Of a stretch of DNA of 57,357 nt, positions 10,735-19,670 are shown one piece after another. The stretch covers positions 1 to 57,357 of the forward strand of contig CACYFN010000008.1 of assembly GCA_902773675.1 (NCBI GenBank), given 5' to 3'. Position 1 is the stretch's first letter; each line of letters starts with the position of its first letter. Made by a program: the position numbers and the translations under genes. Under the pieces are notes generated by a model. The model did no database searches. It was not told the origin of the DNA and saw only the letters and a program-made list of their open reading frames with translations. Origin of the DNA: an uncultured Erysipelotrichaceae bacterium (GTDB taxonomy: Bacteria; Bacillota_I; Bacilli_A; RF39; UBA660).

Positions 10735-10945
10735 AATTATATTTAAGCATTGTATCAGACTTGATATAGTGTTTTTATATGAATAAATAAAATTACGAAT
10801 AATAAATTAATAAAAAGTTTCTAATATATATTAACTTATATAAATAAGAATAATAGTTTTAAATAAATAGGAAATATAAAAAAAATATAGTATAATATAA
10901 ATGATTGATTAAATATTAAGATGAAATTTGATATGGGGTGAAATA

Positions 10946-11380
10946 ATGATAAATCGAATATTAATGGAGTTATATGATGATTATAAAAATAATAATATTG
11001 ACTCTCTTGTTGAATTTTCAAAAAAAACATTTCCATCAGATGGTACTGATAAATTATTTGTTGGATGTGTATTAATTATGTTTTCTAGGGCAAATGGTTT
11101 TAAAGCTAGATATGATTGTAATAGAGAGCAATTATTAGAAATAGTTAAATCAATAAAAGAGAAAATAGGTAATTCTAATTTATTAGCATTTTATATTAAT
11201 AGATTAAATGAAAAAAAAGGAATAAATAAGTATTTTAGGGATTTATTTGATGATGCTAATTTAGATAAATATGCTGATTTAATTATTGAATATTTGGATC
11301 AATTTAAACCAAGGTTTATTGAAGATATAAAAAGATATGAAAATAAAATAGATGATTTTATTAAAAATAATAATAATTAA
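10946..11380 (+). CDS. Hypothetical protein
   Basis: Open frame; ATG 10946 after ggggtg. Confidence 0.6.
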   Translation: MINRILMELYDDYKNNNIDSLVEFSKKTFPSDGTDKLFVGCVLIMFSRANGFKARYDCNREQLLEIVKSIKEKIGNSNLLAFYINRLNEKKGINKYFRDLFDDANLDKYADLIIEYLDQFKPRFIEDIKRYENKIDDFIKNNNN

Positions 11381-11503
11381 TATTATTTTACTGAATATTT
11401 AATTATTGATGAAATTATCTATGAATTAATAAAAAGTATTGATTAAGAATAAGGTTGTATTTTTCTTAATTATGGATAGATAGTTTATAAATGAGGCGTT
11501 AAT

Positions 11504-11983
11504 ATGGGAGTATTTATTTTTGCTTTTACTGCAACGGGAAAGACAACTGTTGCTAAAAAATATGAAAATGTTATAGATTTGGAATCGACTTATTACAAAT
11601 ATATTAATTATACTGATGATGAGAGCCTTAAAAGTACAGCGAGAAGTATAAATGAAGAATGGCCAAATAATTATTTTGAAGCATTAAAAAATGTAAAAGA
11701 TAAATATGATTATATTTTAATTGCTGATGAAATATGTAATGAATTTTTAATTAATAATAAATATGATTATTGGTATGTATATCCTAAAAGAGAATTAAAA
11801 CAAGAATATTTAGATAGGTGTAAAAAAAGAGGTAACAACGAAGAATTTATTTATTGGTATTCAAAATTATGGGATGAGTGGATAGATAAATGTGAAGAAG
11901 ATAAATGTGCATCAAAAAAAATAAAATTAAATAGTAATGAATATTTGGAAGAGAATATTTGGAAGATATACTTCCAAATTTGA
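11504..11983 (+). CDS. Small P-loop NTPase/kinase-like protein
   Basis: N-terminal AFTATGKTT Walker-A-like motif; YP..ELKQEYLDR..RGN. Confidence 0.65.
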   Translation: MGVFIFAFTATGKTTVAKKYENVIDLESTYYKYINYTDDESLKSTARSINEEWPNNYFEALKNVKDKYDYILIADEICNEFLINNKYDYWYVYPKRELKQEYLDRCKKRGNNEEFIYWYSKLWDEWIDKCEEDKCASKKIKLNSNEYLEENIWKIYFQI

Positions 11984-12128
11984 AATAAAAACTTGTGATA
12001 ATAAACGTTTAAGATTTAAAAATATAGATGCAAATCTATTGTATTAAATTATAGTTGTAGTATAAAATTTATAGAAAGGAGTTACTAATATATGTGAAAA
12101 ATCACATAATTAGATTTTTTTAGATAAT

Positions 12129-12848
12129 ATGATTAAAAATTTTAATGTTAATATTTTGGAAAAAGAGTCAAATAAATTAACTTTATCTAATTATCTAAAG
12201 TTAAAAGTTAAACAAAATATTTCTCAAGAATTACTTATAAAAATGAAAAAAAGACTTGAATTCAATTATAATCTCAATATGAAGTATTTTGATTCTTTAG
12301 ATTATAGTGAATTTGCTGAATATGTTAATAATTTTATGAAAAGAAATAAATTTGTTAGTGTAAGTGATTTAACAAAATATAAAGGTATACCAGGTATTTA
12401 TATTATGATTTTTGATGAATATAAACAGGCTTATATTGGTTTATCAGAACATGGTATTAAAGAAAGAATTCAACAACATTGGAATGAAAAAAAGGAGGCT
12501 GAAAGGCTAATTTTTGGACAAGTGTTTAATTCAATCCTTTCCGTTGATTCGTTTGGTGCTTTGGATAATACACGAATTTTTGTTAAAACTGGATGTAATC
12601 TATATAAAAATGAAGAACGTCTTGTTTATAACTTTGATAAAAGATTTCTATTGAATAGAACAGCTGGAGGTATAGGCAATATTGATACTTATACGGATGG
12701 TAAAATTTATTCACAAGTCGCTATAGTTTCAGAAATGAAGGTAAGAGATTTTACTCCTTTTATAGATGAAAAAAAATTATATGATCAGTGTAGTGAATAT
12801 GATATTATGATGTATGAAAGTATATACAAAAGAAAAGATATTGAATAA
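12129..12848 (+). CDS. GIY-YIG nuclease family protein
   Basis: PGIYIMIFDEYKQAYIGLS..IKERIQQH; later E and LLNRT.GG. Confidence 0.75.
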   Translation: MIKNFNVNILEKESNKLTLSNYLKLKVKQNISQELLIKMKKRLEFNYNLNMKYFDSLDYSEFAEYVNNFMKRNKFVSVSDLTKYKGIPGIYIMIFDEYKQAYIGLSEHGIKERIQQHWNEKKEAERLIFGQVFNSILSVDSFGALDNTRIFVKTGCNLYKNEERLVYNFDKRFLLNRTAGGIGNIDTYTDGKIYSQVAIVSEMKVRDFTPFIDEKKLYDQCSEYDIMMYESIYKRKDIE

Positions 12849-13110
12849 TATAATGGAGTCAATTATGGATATTAAAAATGAAGTATTAATATATGAATAT
12901 AAAGATGGATTAACTGGAGTTGATTTTAAATTTATAGATGAAGATGTTTGGTTAATTCAAAATCAATTAGCTAATATATATAAGATAACACAAGAAAATA
13001 TTTCAATGCATATATCAAATATTTATAAAGATAATGAATTACCAAGTTCAACTAATAAGAAAATCTTATTAGTTTAAAAAGAAGATAATCGAGATGTTAA
13101 AAAAATATAT
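12814..13110 (+). pseudogene. RhuM-family N-terminal fragment
   Basis: EDVWLIQNQLANIY..TQENISMHISNIYKDNEL..STNKKILLV*KEDNRDVK parallels ENIWLTQK...STIRKFRIVQKEGNREV of the intact copy at 14015; nonsense codon and truncation. Confidence 0.8.
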
Positions 13111-13152
13111 AATTAAAATGAATGATATTAATATAAATTGTGAGGTGAAAAT

Positions 13153-13788
13153 ATGGATTCAATAGAATATTGGGATAAAGTTGCTAAAGAAAAAACTTTT
13201 ACTACACCATTTCAATTGGAACTTTTTAAAGAATATGTAGGTAAAGATAAAAAAGTAGTAGATATTGGTTGTGGTTATGGAAGAATATTAAAGGAGTTAT
13301 TTGATAATGGGTATACTAATTTATTAGGAATTGATTTTTCTAATGAGATGATAAAACTTGCTAAAGAAAAATATTCATACATAAATTTTAAAGTTGCTAA
13401 TGGAAAAAATTTAGAATTTGAGAATAATAGTATAGATTCTATTATATTGTTTGCAGTACTTACTACTATATATGATAGTAAAAGTCAACAAGATTTGATT
13501 AAAGAAGTATATAGAGTGCTTAAAAAAGATGGTATTTTATATGTAAATGATTTTTTATTGAATGATAGTGATTTATATTTGAAACGATATAATAAATATA
13601 AAAATATATATCATGAATATGGTGTTTTTGAATCTAGTGATGGAGGAGTTTTTAAACATCATAGTGAAGAATATTTTAATGAATTATTAAGTGATTTTAA
13701 GTGTGAGAAAGAAAAAGTTTTAAAATTTAAGACTATTAATGGACATACTTCAAATGGAGTTTATTATTTAGGTAGAAAAAGAGGTTAA
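13153..13788 (+). CDS. Class I SAM-dependent methyltransferase
   Basis: VVDIGCGYGR motif I, GIDFSNEMI, EVYRVLKKDG. Confidence 0.9.
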   Translation: MDSIEYWDKVAKEKTFTTPFQLELFKEYVGKDKKVVDIGCGYGRILKELFDNGYTNLLGIDFSNEMIKLAKEKYSYINFKVANGKNLEFENNSIDSIILFAVLTTIYDSKSQQDLIKEVYRVLKKDGILYVNDFLLNDSDLYLKRYNKYKNIYHEYGVFESSDGGVFKHHSEEYFNELLSDFKCEKEKVLKFKTINGHTSNGVYYLGRKRG

Positions 13789-13793
13789 ATTTT

Positions 13794-14014
13794 AAAATAA
13801 AACTAATATAAATTGGTTAATAACAATTTAGTTAAGAACATTCTTAAAGTATTATAAAATAAAGAAAAAGTAAAAAATACATCTTTCATATTTTTTATAT
13901 AATTAGCAAAAAAATGATATAATTTATCAAAAATAGCTAAATATTTGTGATTTTTTGTTAGGGAGTTGGAAAGTGATTACAAAAGTTAAGAACATATAAA
14001 AAGAGGTGAATATA
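13794..14014 (+). repeat. Cassette junction 1 (rbgA 5' copy lacking start codon + leader)
   Basis: aaaataaaactaatataaattggttaataacaatttagttaagaaca ... tgattacaaaagttaagaacatataaaaagaggtg. Confidence 0.85.
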
Positions 14015-15073
14015 ATGAAAAAAAATGAAGTGACAATTAGATCTAGTGCAGCCGAATATTTAATTTTTATTGCTGCAACAGGTGATGATAAAGAATCAAT
14101 TGAAGTAAGATATGAAGATGAGAATATATGGTTAACACAAAAAATGCTTTCAACTTTATATAAAGTTGAAATAAACACAATTAATTATCATATTAAAAAA
14201 ATCTATAGTGATAATGAATTAAGTGAAGATTCAACTATTCGAAAATTTCGAATAGTTCAAAAAGAGGGTAATCGTGAAGTATCTAGAGATGTAGTTCATT
14301 ATAATCTTCAAATGATAATAGCTTTAGGTTTTAAGGTTGATAATGATAGAGCTGTTCAATTTAGAAAATGGGTTAATGAAATAGTTAAAGAATATACTAT
14401 TAAAGGTTTTGCTATGGATGACGATAGGCTTAAAAATGGTGGTTCTATATTAACTGAAAAATATTTTGATGAATTACTAGAAAGAATTAGAGAAATAAGG
14501 TTGTCAGAAAGAAGATTTTATCAAAAAGTAACAGATATATATGCTACAAGTATAGATTATGATAAGGATTCTAAAACAACTCTTGAGTTTTTTAAAACGG
14601 TTCAAAATAAAATGCATTATGCTGTTTCTGGAAATACTGCAGCTGAAATAATATATAATAGAGCTGATGCAAGTAAAGAACATATGGGATTAACTAATTG
14701 GATTGATGCTCCAGATGGTAAGATTATGAAAAGTGATGTTGTAATTGCTAAAAACTATCTTAGTGAAGAGGAACTGTATTCATTAAGAAGAATTGTTTCG
14801 GCATATTTAGATTTAGCAGAATCAAGAGCAGAAAGACACATACCGATGACTATGGAAGATTGGTCTAATAGACTAGATGAGTTTTTAAAATTAACTGATA
14901 GAGAAATATTAGAAGATGCTGGAAAAATTTCGCATAGAATTGCATGTGATAAAGCTGAATCTGAATTTGAAAAATATAGAATAGTACAAGATCAACTATA
15001 TATTAGTGATTTTGATAAATATATAAGTGAACTTGAAAATTTAGAAGAAAAATCTGATGAAAGTTTTAATTAA
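14015..15073 (+). CDS. rhuM: RhuM-family (virulence RhuM) DNA-binding protein
   Basis: IRSSAAEYL.F, ENIWLTQK, YNLQMIIALGFKV, QFRKW, KGFAMDDDRLK, YFDELLERIREIRLSERRFYQKVTDIYA. Confidence 0.9.
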   Translation: MKKNEVTIRSSAAEYLIFIAATGDDKESIEVRYEDENIWLTQKMLSTLYKVEINTINYHIKKIYSDNELSEDSTIRKFRIVQKEGNREVSRDVVHYNLQMIIALGFKVDNDRAVQFRKWVNEIVKEYTIKGFAMDDDRLKNGGSILTEKYFDELLERIREIRLSERRFYQKVTDIYATSIDYDKDSKTTLEFFKTVQNKMHYAVSGNTAAEIIYNRADASKEHMGLTNWIDAPDGKIMKSDVVIAKNYLSEEELYSLRRIVSAYLDLAESRAERHIPMTMEDWSNRLDEFLKLTDREILEDAGKISHRIACDKAESEFEKYRIVQDQLYISDFDKYISELENLEEKSDESFN

Positions 15074-15076
15074 ATA

Positions 15077-15198
15077 AACTATTTCAAATTTTAAAATAGT
15101 TGAACTTATAAGAAATGCTTATAATTTGAATAATATTATTTGATATCCGTCGAATTCGACGGAATATGAATTTAAAGTGTTCAAATTTGAACACTTTA
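15077..15198. repeat. Array of back-to-back palindromes
   Basis: aactatttcaaa-t-tttaaaatagtt; aacttataag-aaatg-cttataattt; aataatattatt; tccgtcgaattcgacgga; taaagtgttcaaatttgaacacttta. Confidence 0.85.
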
Positions 15199-15219
15199 TA
15201 AAAAGAGGGTGAGAAAAAT

Positions 15220-16338
15220 ATGAATAAAAATGAAAATACAAATAATCAAAAATATACAATAATATCATTTGTAGCTGTAAGCAATGAAAATGTAAATAAA
15301 TTTGTAGAAGAAGATAACAATAATAATATATTTATTAATGCATTTGATGATATATACTATTTAGTATTAGCGAATAAATCAAATTTAGACGAAAGATTAT
15401 TAGTAAATGACAATTATAGATATTTAAAGAACAGTTCAGAGATTGAAAATTTAAATAATACAATAAAAATTGATGATTTGCTAAAAAAGTATGTAGAAGA
15501 AAATGATAGATTTATTATTATACATAGTTATGCAAATGAATATGAAGAGTCATTGGCAATGAAATTATTTAAAAATATCATTAATAGTAATAAGGAATGT
15601 GTGAATGTATTTTTAATTCCGCCTACATTTACAGGTAAGGTTGATTTATTTCTAAAATTTAAGTATGAACTATTAAACTCATCAGCAAAAAATTATTATT
15701 TTGCTTGTGATGATATACTACCAAAACTTCCTTCAGATTTATCATTAGGACAGTTAAATGCATTTTTTTACAAATGTTTGTTTGAAATTGCATATAGTGT
15801 TGGAACAAATTTTAATGTAAGTGATATTTTAGATAAAATAATATCTAATGTTAAAACAAATATGAAAACTAATATATTTGAGTATGAAGATGAAGAATTT
15901 GGTAAAATAAAATTTGAATTGCTTGAGGATAGAGCGATAATTTTAGAACCTATAGTAATATTTGACAATAAAAATATCTATCCGGAAATATCATTTGATT
16001 ATAAAGGATGTGGACAAACATTAAGTGAATTTAAAAAAAATATTTCATCATATGTTAACGTTTTAAAAAATATAATAAGTAAAAAAGATGATATATTAAA
16101 TAGTTTATATGATAAAGCTTTAGAATTATATATTAATTGGGAAGAAGTAACTGAATCAAATATTGATTATGTAAAAGAGCATACTTCAATAAGTTTTATT
16201 GATATATATGATGGACAAGCAAATATTAAAGCAGCTGGATATGATAAAGATAAATTACTTTTAGGAGGTCATTTTATTGAGGCTATTATTGATAGTAATG
16301 AAATAGATTCTAAAAATATAGAATGGAATATATTTTAA
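15220..16338 (+). CDS. Hypothetical protein (cassette cargo)
   Basis: 372 aa ORF with gagggtga RBS; no confident family. Confidence 0.7.
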   Translation: MNKNENTNNQKYTIISFVAVSNENVNKFVEEDNNNNIFINAFDDIYYLVLANKSNLDERLLVNDNYRYLKNSSEIENLNNTIKIDDLLKKYVEENDRFIIIHSYANEYEESLAMKLFKNIINSNKECVNVFLIPPTFTGKVDLFLKFKYELLNSSAKNYYFACDDILPKLPSDLSLGQLNAFFYKCLFEIAYSVGTNFNVSDILDKIISNVKTNMKTNIFEYEDEEFGKIKFELLEDRAIILEPIVIFDNKNIYPEISFDYKGCGQTLSEFKKNISSYVNVLKNIISKKDDILNSLYDKALELYINWEEVTESNIDYVKEHTSISFIDIYDGQANIKAAGYDKDKLLLGGHFIEAIIDSNEIDSKNIEWNIF

Positions 16339-16355
16339 TGGATTAATAAAGTCTA

Positions 16356-16572
16356 TTGAATGAAAATAAAACTAATATAAACTGGTTGATTTCAATTTAG
16401 TTAAGAATATACGAAAGCCCCTATAAACAAAGGTGTTTCTCAAAATACATCTTGCCTGTTTTTAAGAAAAATGGCTAAAAATTGCAAAAAAATGCAAAAA
16501 ATAGGTATTTTTTTATTAAGAAGTTGCAAGTTGATTACAGAAGTTAAGAACATATAAAAAAGAGGTGAAATA
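16356..16572 (+). repeat. Cassette junction 2
   Basis: ttgaatgaaaataaaactaatataaactggttgatttcaatttagttaagaa ... ttgattacagaagttaagaacatataaaaaagaggtg. Confidence 0.9.
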
Positions 16573-17433
16573 ATGGAATTTAATTTTTTAGAGGAACAAG
16601 AAAAAATAATGTTAGCAAATGAACACATTAATGGGATAATAACTAAATATAATGAAATATTAATGAATTTAAGCGATAAAGAAAAAAATGTAATGCAACT
16701 TTATTACTATTTTAAAAAATTAGATACTTTTAAGTCGATGACACCAAAAGGTAATTATTGGGACGACAAAAGAGAAAAGTATATAAATAAAGGATTAGAA
16801 ATAATTAAAAATCTTGGAACAAAAACTTTTTCAAATATACATAGTTTAGATGAAATAAGAAAAAATGTTGATAGTTATATGAGTAATAGTGATTTATTAA
16901 ATATTATTACTAGTTTTTCTTTAGAAATAAAATCAGCATATAAAAAATATTGTGACTATGTTTATACTGTTTTACCTATATCGGGTATAAAAGAACTTGA
17001 AGAAAGCAGACATAGAGAAAATCAATATTTAAATAGTATTAATAATGGTGTATTTGCTACTGCAACAATGGAAAGTATTGAAAAATACATTGCTAGAGCT
17101 AATGTTGGTGGTATGATAGTTCATGGCAATGAAATTGAATATCCATCTAATCCATTTTTAAATATTAGTGAAGAAGGATTAACATTAATAAAACCTGTTT
17201 CAATATATTTAAGTAATGTTGATTTATTTGAACCACAATTTGATTATGAAATAGATTCTAATGGTATTCCACATTTTGTTTATGGAGGAGAATGGATTGC
17301 TCCACATGAAAAAGTTCCATGTATAGAAAAACAAACAACATATTTACCAACCTCATTCCTAGAAAATAATATAGTGTATTATCAAGAAAATGGTGAAATG
17401 ATTCAAATTAATAAAGAAATTAAAAAATTATAA
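16573..17433 (+). CDS. Hypothetical protein (cassette cargo)
   Basis: 286 aa ORF right after the leader RBS. Confidence 0.7.
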   Translation: MEFNFLEEQEKIMLANEHINGIITKYNEILMNLSDKEKNVMQLYYYFKKLDTFKSMTPKGNYWDDKREKYINKGLEIIKNLGTKTFSNIHSLDEIRKNVDSYMSNSDLLNIITSFSLEIKSAYKKYCDYVYTVLPISGIKELEESRHRENQYLNSINNGVFATATMESIEKYIARANVGGMIVHGNEIEYPSNPFLNISEEGLTLIKPVSIYLSNVDLFEPQFDYEIDSNGIPHFVYGGEWIAPHEKVPCIEKQTTYLPTSFLENNIVYYQENGEMIQINKEIKKL

Positions 17434-17450
17434 CAAAGGAGGTAATACTT

Positions 17451-17660
17451 ATGAATGAAAATAAAACTAATATAAACTGGTTGATATTGATTTAGTCTAA
17501 CTATTTTTGGACATCCCATAAAATAAGGAAAACTAATATTTTGTAATTACATTTTTTTTATGAATAATTACTAAAAAGTATTAAATAATTGTAAAAAATA
17601 GCCAAAAATAACATAGTATTTTTTACTTGGTATTGACGGTTAAACTTTTATAAAAATGAG
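17451..17660 (+). repeat. Cassette junction 3
   Basis: aaggaggt RBS, ATG AAT GAA AAT AAA ACT AAT ATA AAC TGG ttgatattgatttagtctaact ... tacttggtattgacggttaaact. Confidence 0.9.
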
Positions 17661-18599
17661 GTGATTATTTTGAATTTAATAGATACATTAAATACAAGTT
17701 ATGAATATGTTTGTGATAACTCCAGAAATGTAAAAATAAATTATGATAAAATTGATGATTTAATTGATCAGATTAATAACTCAAAAGTTGATTATTGGTT
17801 AGATCCAAATCCATATGGTTTAATGGATATGGATGTAAAAGAAATAATTAATTTCTTATTCATATATCATGCAATAGGAGATTATTGCTTTTGGGGAGAT
17901 CCTAAATGGGAAGTAAAAACAGATCTAGGTGTTATGGATGGGTCTTATGCAATAATGTACTTAATACTAAATAGATTTAAATCAAATAATAATTTTGAAA
18001 TTAGTTTTGATGAATTTAAAGAATTATTAAAAGGAAATGTAACAATTCCATTGTTAGAAGATAGATATCAAAATTTAGTAGAAATGAATAGATTTCTTAA
18101 ATCTAAAAATAAGTCATTCTATGAATTAATTAAAGAATTAAACATTGATAGTGAATTATTTGAATTTATAGTTAATAATTTAGATTATTTTAAAGATATA
18201 TCTAATTATGGAGGAAAAGAAATACTATTTTATAAAAGAGCTCAATTATTAACTTCTGATATTCTACATGTTAAAGAGAAGAAAGAAAATATTGAAGTAG
18301 ATTATTCTCATTTAATTGGTTGTGCTGATTATAAAATACCTCAAGTTATGAGATGCTATGGTATGTTAGAATTCAGTGATAGTTTAGGAGATAAAGTTGA
18401 TTCTAAAATAGAATTAAAAGAAGGTTCTGAAGAAGAAATAGAAATAAGAGCAAATACTTTAAAAGTAATAAACTATATATATGAAAGATTAGATAAAAAA
18501 TATTCTCGCATGGATATAAATGATTTTATATGGCTACTAGGTCAAAATAAATCTCAAATGACTAAACCATATCATAGAACATTAACAAAACATTATTAA
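17661..18599 (+). CDS. Queuosine salvage family protein (DUF2419/Qng1-like queuosine nucleotide N-glycosylase)
   Basis: YCFW, FYKRAQL, ADYKIPQV, EEEIEIRA, INDFIWL, PYHRTLTKHY motifs; start GTG 17661 or TTG 17670. Confidence 0.85.
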   Translation: MIILNLIDTLNTSYEYVCDNSRNVKINYDKIDDLIDQINNSKVDYWLDPNPYGLMDMDVKEIINFLFIYHAIGDYCFWGDPKWEVKTDLGVMDGSYAIMYLILNRFKSNNNFEISFDEFKELLKGNVTIPLLEDRYQNLVEMNRFLKSKNKSFYELIKELNIDSELFEFIVNNLDYFKDISNYGGKEILFYKRAQLLTSDILHVKEKKENIEVDYSHLIGCADYKIPQVMRCYGMLEFSDSLGDKVDSKIELKEGSEEEIEIRANTLKVINYIYERLDKKYSRMDINDFIWLLGQNKSQMTKPYHRTLTKHY

Positions 18600-18666
18600 G
18601 CCATATGCCCGGGCAACTATCTTGGTTAACTTGGTATTGGATTAGTCTAATTACGATAAATGACTT

Positions 18667-18703
18667 AAAAAAGGACGAAATAGTACTAAATTTCGCCTTT
18701 TTT
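18667..18703 (+). terminator. Rho-independent terminator (A-tract/T-tract, possibly bidirectional)
   Basis: aaaaaagg(a)cgaaat-agtactaa-atttcgcctttttt. Confidence 0.7.
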
Positions 18704-18704
18704 A

Positions 18705-18713
18705 TGCTATAAT
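18705..18713 (+). promoter_or_regulatory. Extended -10 promoter ahead of rbgA-copy ATG 18737
   Basis: TGcTATAAT, then ggagtga RBS and ATG. Confidence 0.6.
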
Positions 18714-18736
18714 TGAATAGAAATGGAGTGATTCCT

Positions 18737-18994
18737 ATGGATAATAGAACTAATATAAATTGGTTGATTACGATTTATAGTAACTTTTGGAGAAACTCTT
18801 TATTTATAAGGTTTTGCGAAGAATAACATCTTGCATGTTTAATATATAATATTATGAATTTTAATAAAAAATAGTCAAAAAAATATTATGAATTTTAATA
18901 AAAAATAGTTAAAAACGGCTAAAACAAGATAAAAATAACATAGGAATTATAGTGTTGATTACGACACAGTAACTCATGTAAAAGAGGTATGTTT
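18737..18994 (+). repeat. Cassette junction 4 (MDNRTNINW variant; contains 34-bp tandem duplication)
   Basis: atggataatagaactaatataaattggttgattacgatttatagtaact ... gttgattacgacacagtaact ... aaaagaggt. Confidence 0.9.
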
Positions 18995-19426
18995 ATGAAT
19001 TATAAATTGATAAAATCATCAAGTAAAGATATAGAAAAATTAATTGAATACAAAAAAAGAACAATCTTTGAATATGCTAAAGATTTACCTGATGATGAAA
19101 TTAATAAAATAAATAATTATGTAAAAAATAATGTTTTAAAATTACTTAATGATTATTCTAATATAATTGTAGATAATAAAGTAATAGGTTGTTTACTATT
19201 AACAAATAAAGACGATAACATATTGTTAGATGAAATATATATTGAACAAGAATATAGAAATAAAGGTATTGGAACAGATATAATAAAAAATGTAATAAAT
19301 GAAAATGATATAATATATTTATGGGTATATAAAGAAAACGTAAAAGCAATCTCATTGTATAAAAAACTAGGATTTAACGTGATAGATGAAACTGATTCTA
19401 GATATTATATGAAGTATAGCACGTAA
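18995..19426 (+). CDS. GNAT-family N-acetyltransferase
   Basis: EIYIEQEYRNKGIGT, LWVYKENVKAISLYKKLGF. Confidence 0.9.
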   Translation: MNYKLIKSSSKDIEKLIEYKKRTIFEYAKDLPDDEINKINNYVKNNVLKLLNDYSNIIVDNKVIGCLLLTNKDDNILLDEIYIEQEYRNKGIGTDIIKNVINENDIIYLWVYKENVKAISLYKKLGFNVIDETDSRYYMKYST

Positions 19427-19440
19427 AGGAGTTGATGTTG

Positions 19441-19670
19441 ATGAATGAAAATAAAACTAATATAAACTGGTTGAGAACAATTTAGTCAAGACCACGCCTA
19501 AATCTTTATAATATAAGGAAAAATCCCAAAATAGATCTTACATGTTTTATATAAAAATATGTTGAAATAAGTAAAAAATAGTTAAAATTGAGTATTTTTA
19601 AGTAAAAATTGCTTTGGAATTGATATGGTGAGAACGGCTAGTTAAGACCAGTAAAAAATGAGGTGAAATA
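19441..19670 (+). repeat. Cassette junction 5
   Basis: aaggag RBS, atgaatgaaaataaaactaatataaactggttgagaacaatttagtcaagacca ... tgagaacggctagttaagacca ... tgaggtg. Confidence 0.9.

Noticed and set aside
10779-12010. Faint resemblance to the junction motif in intergenic DNA near 10780, 11420 and 11985
   Set aside because: No intact AAYTGGT core or paired boxes; not distinguishable by eye from AT-rich background.
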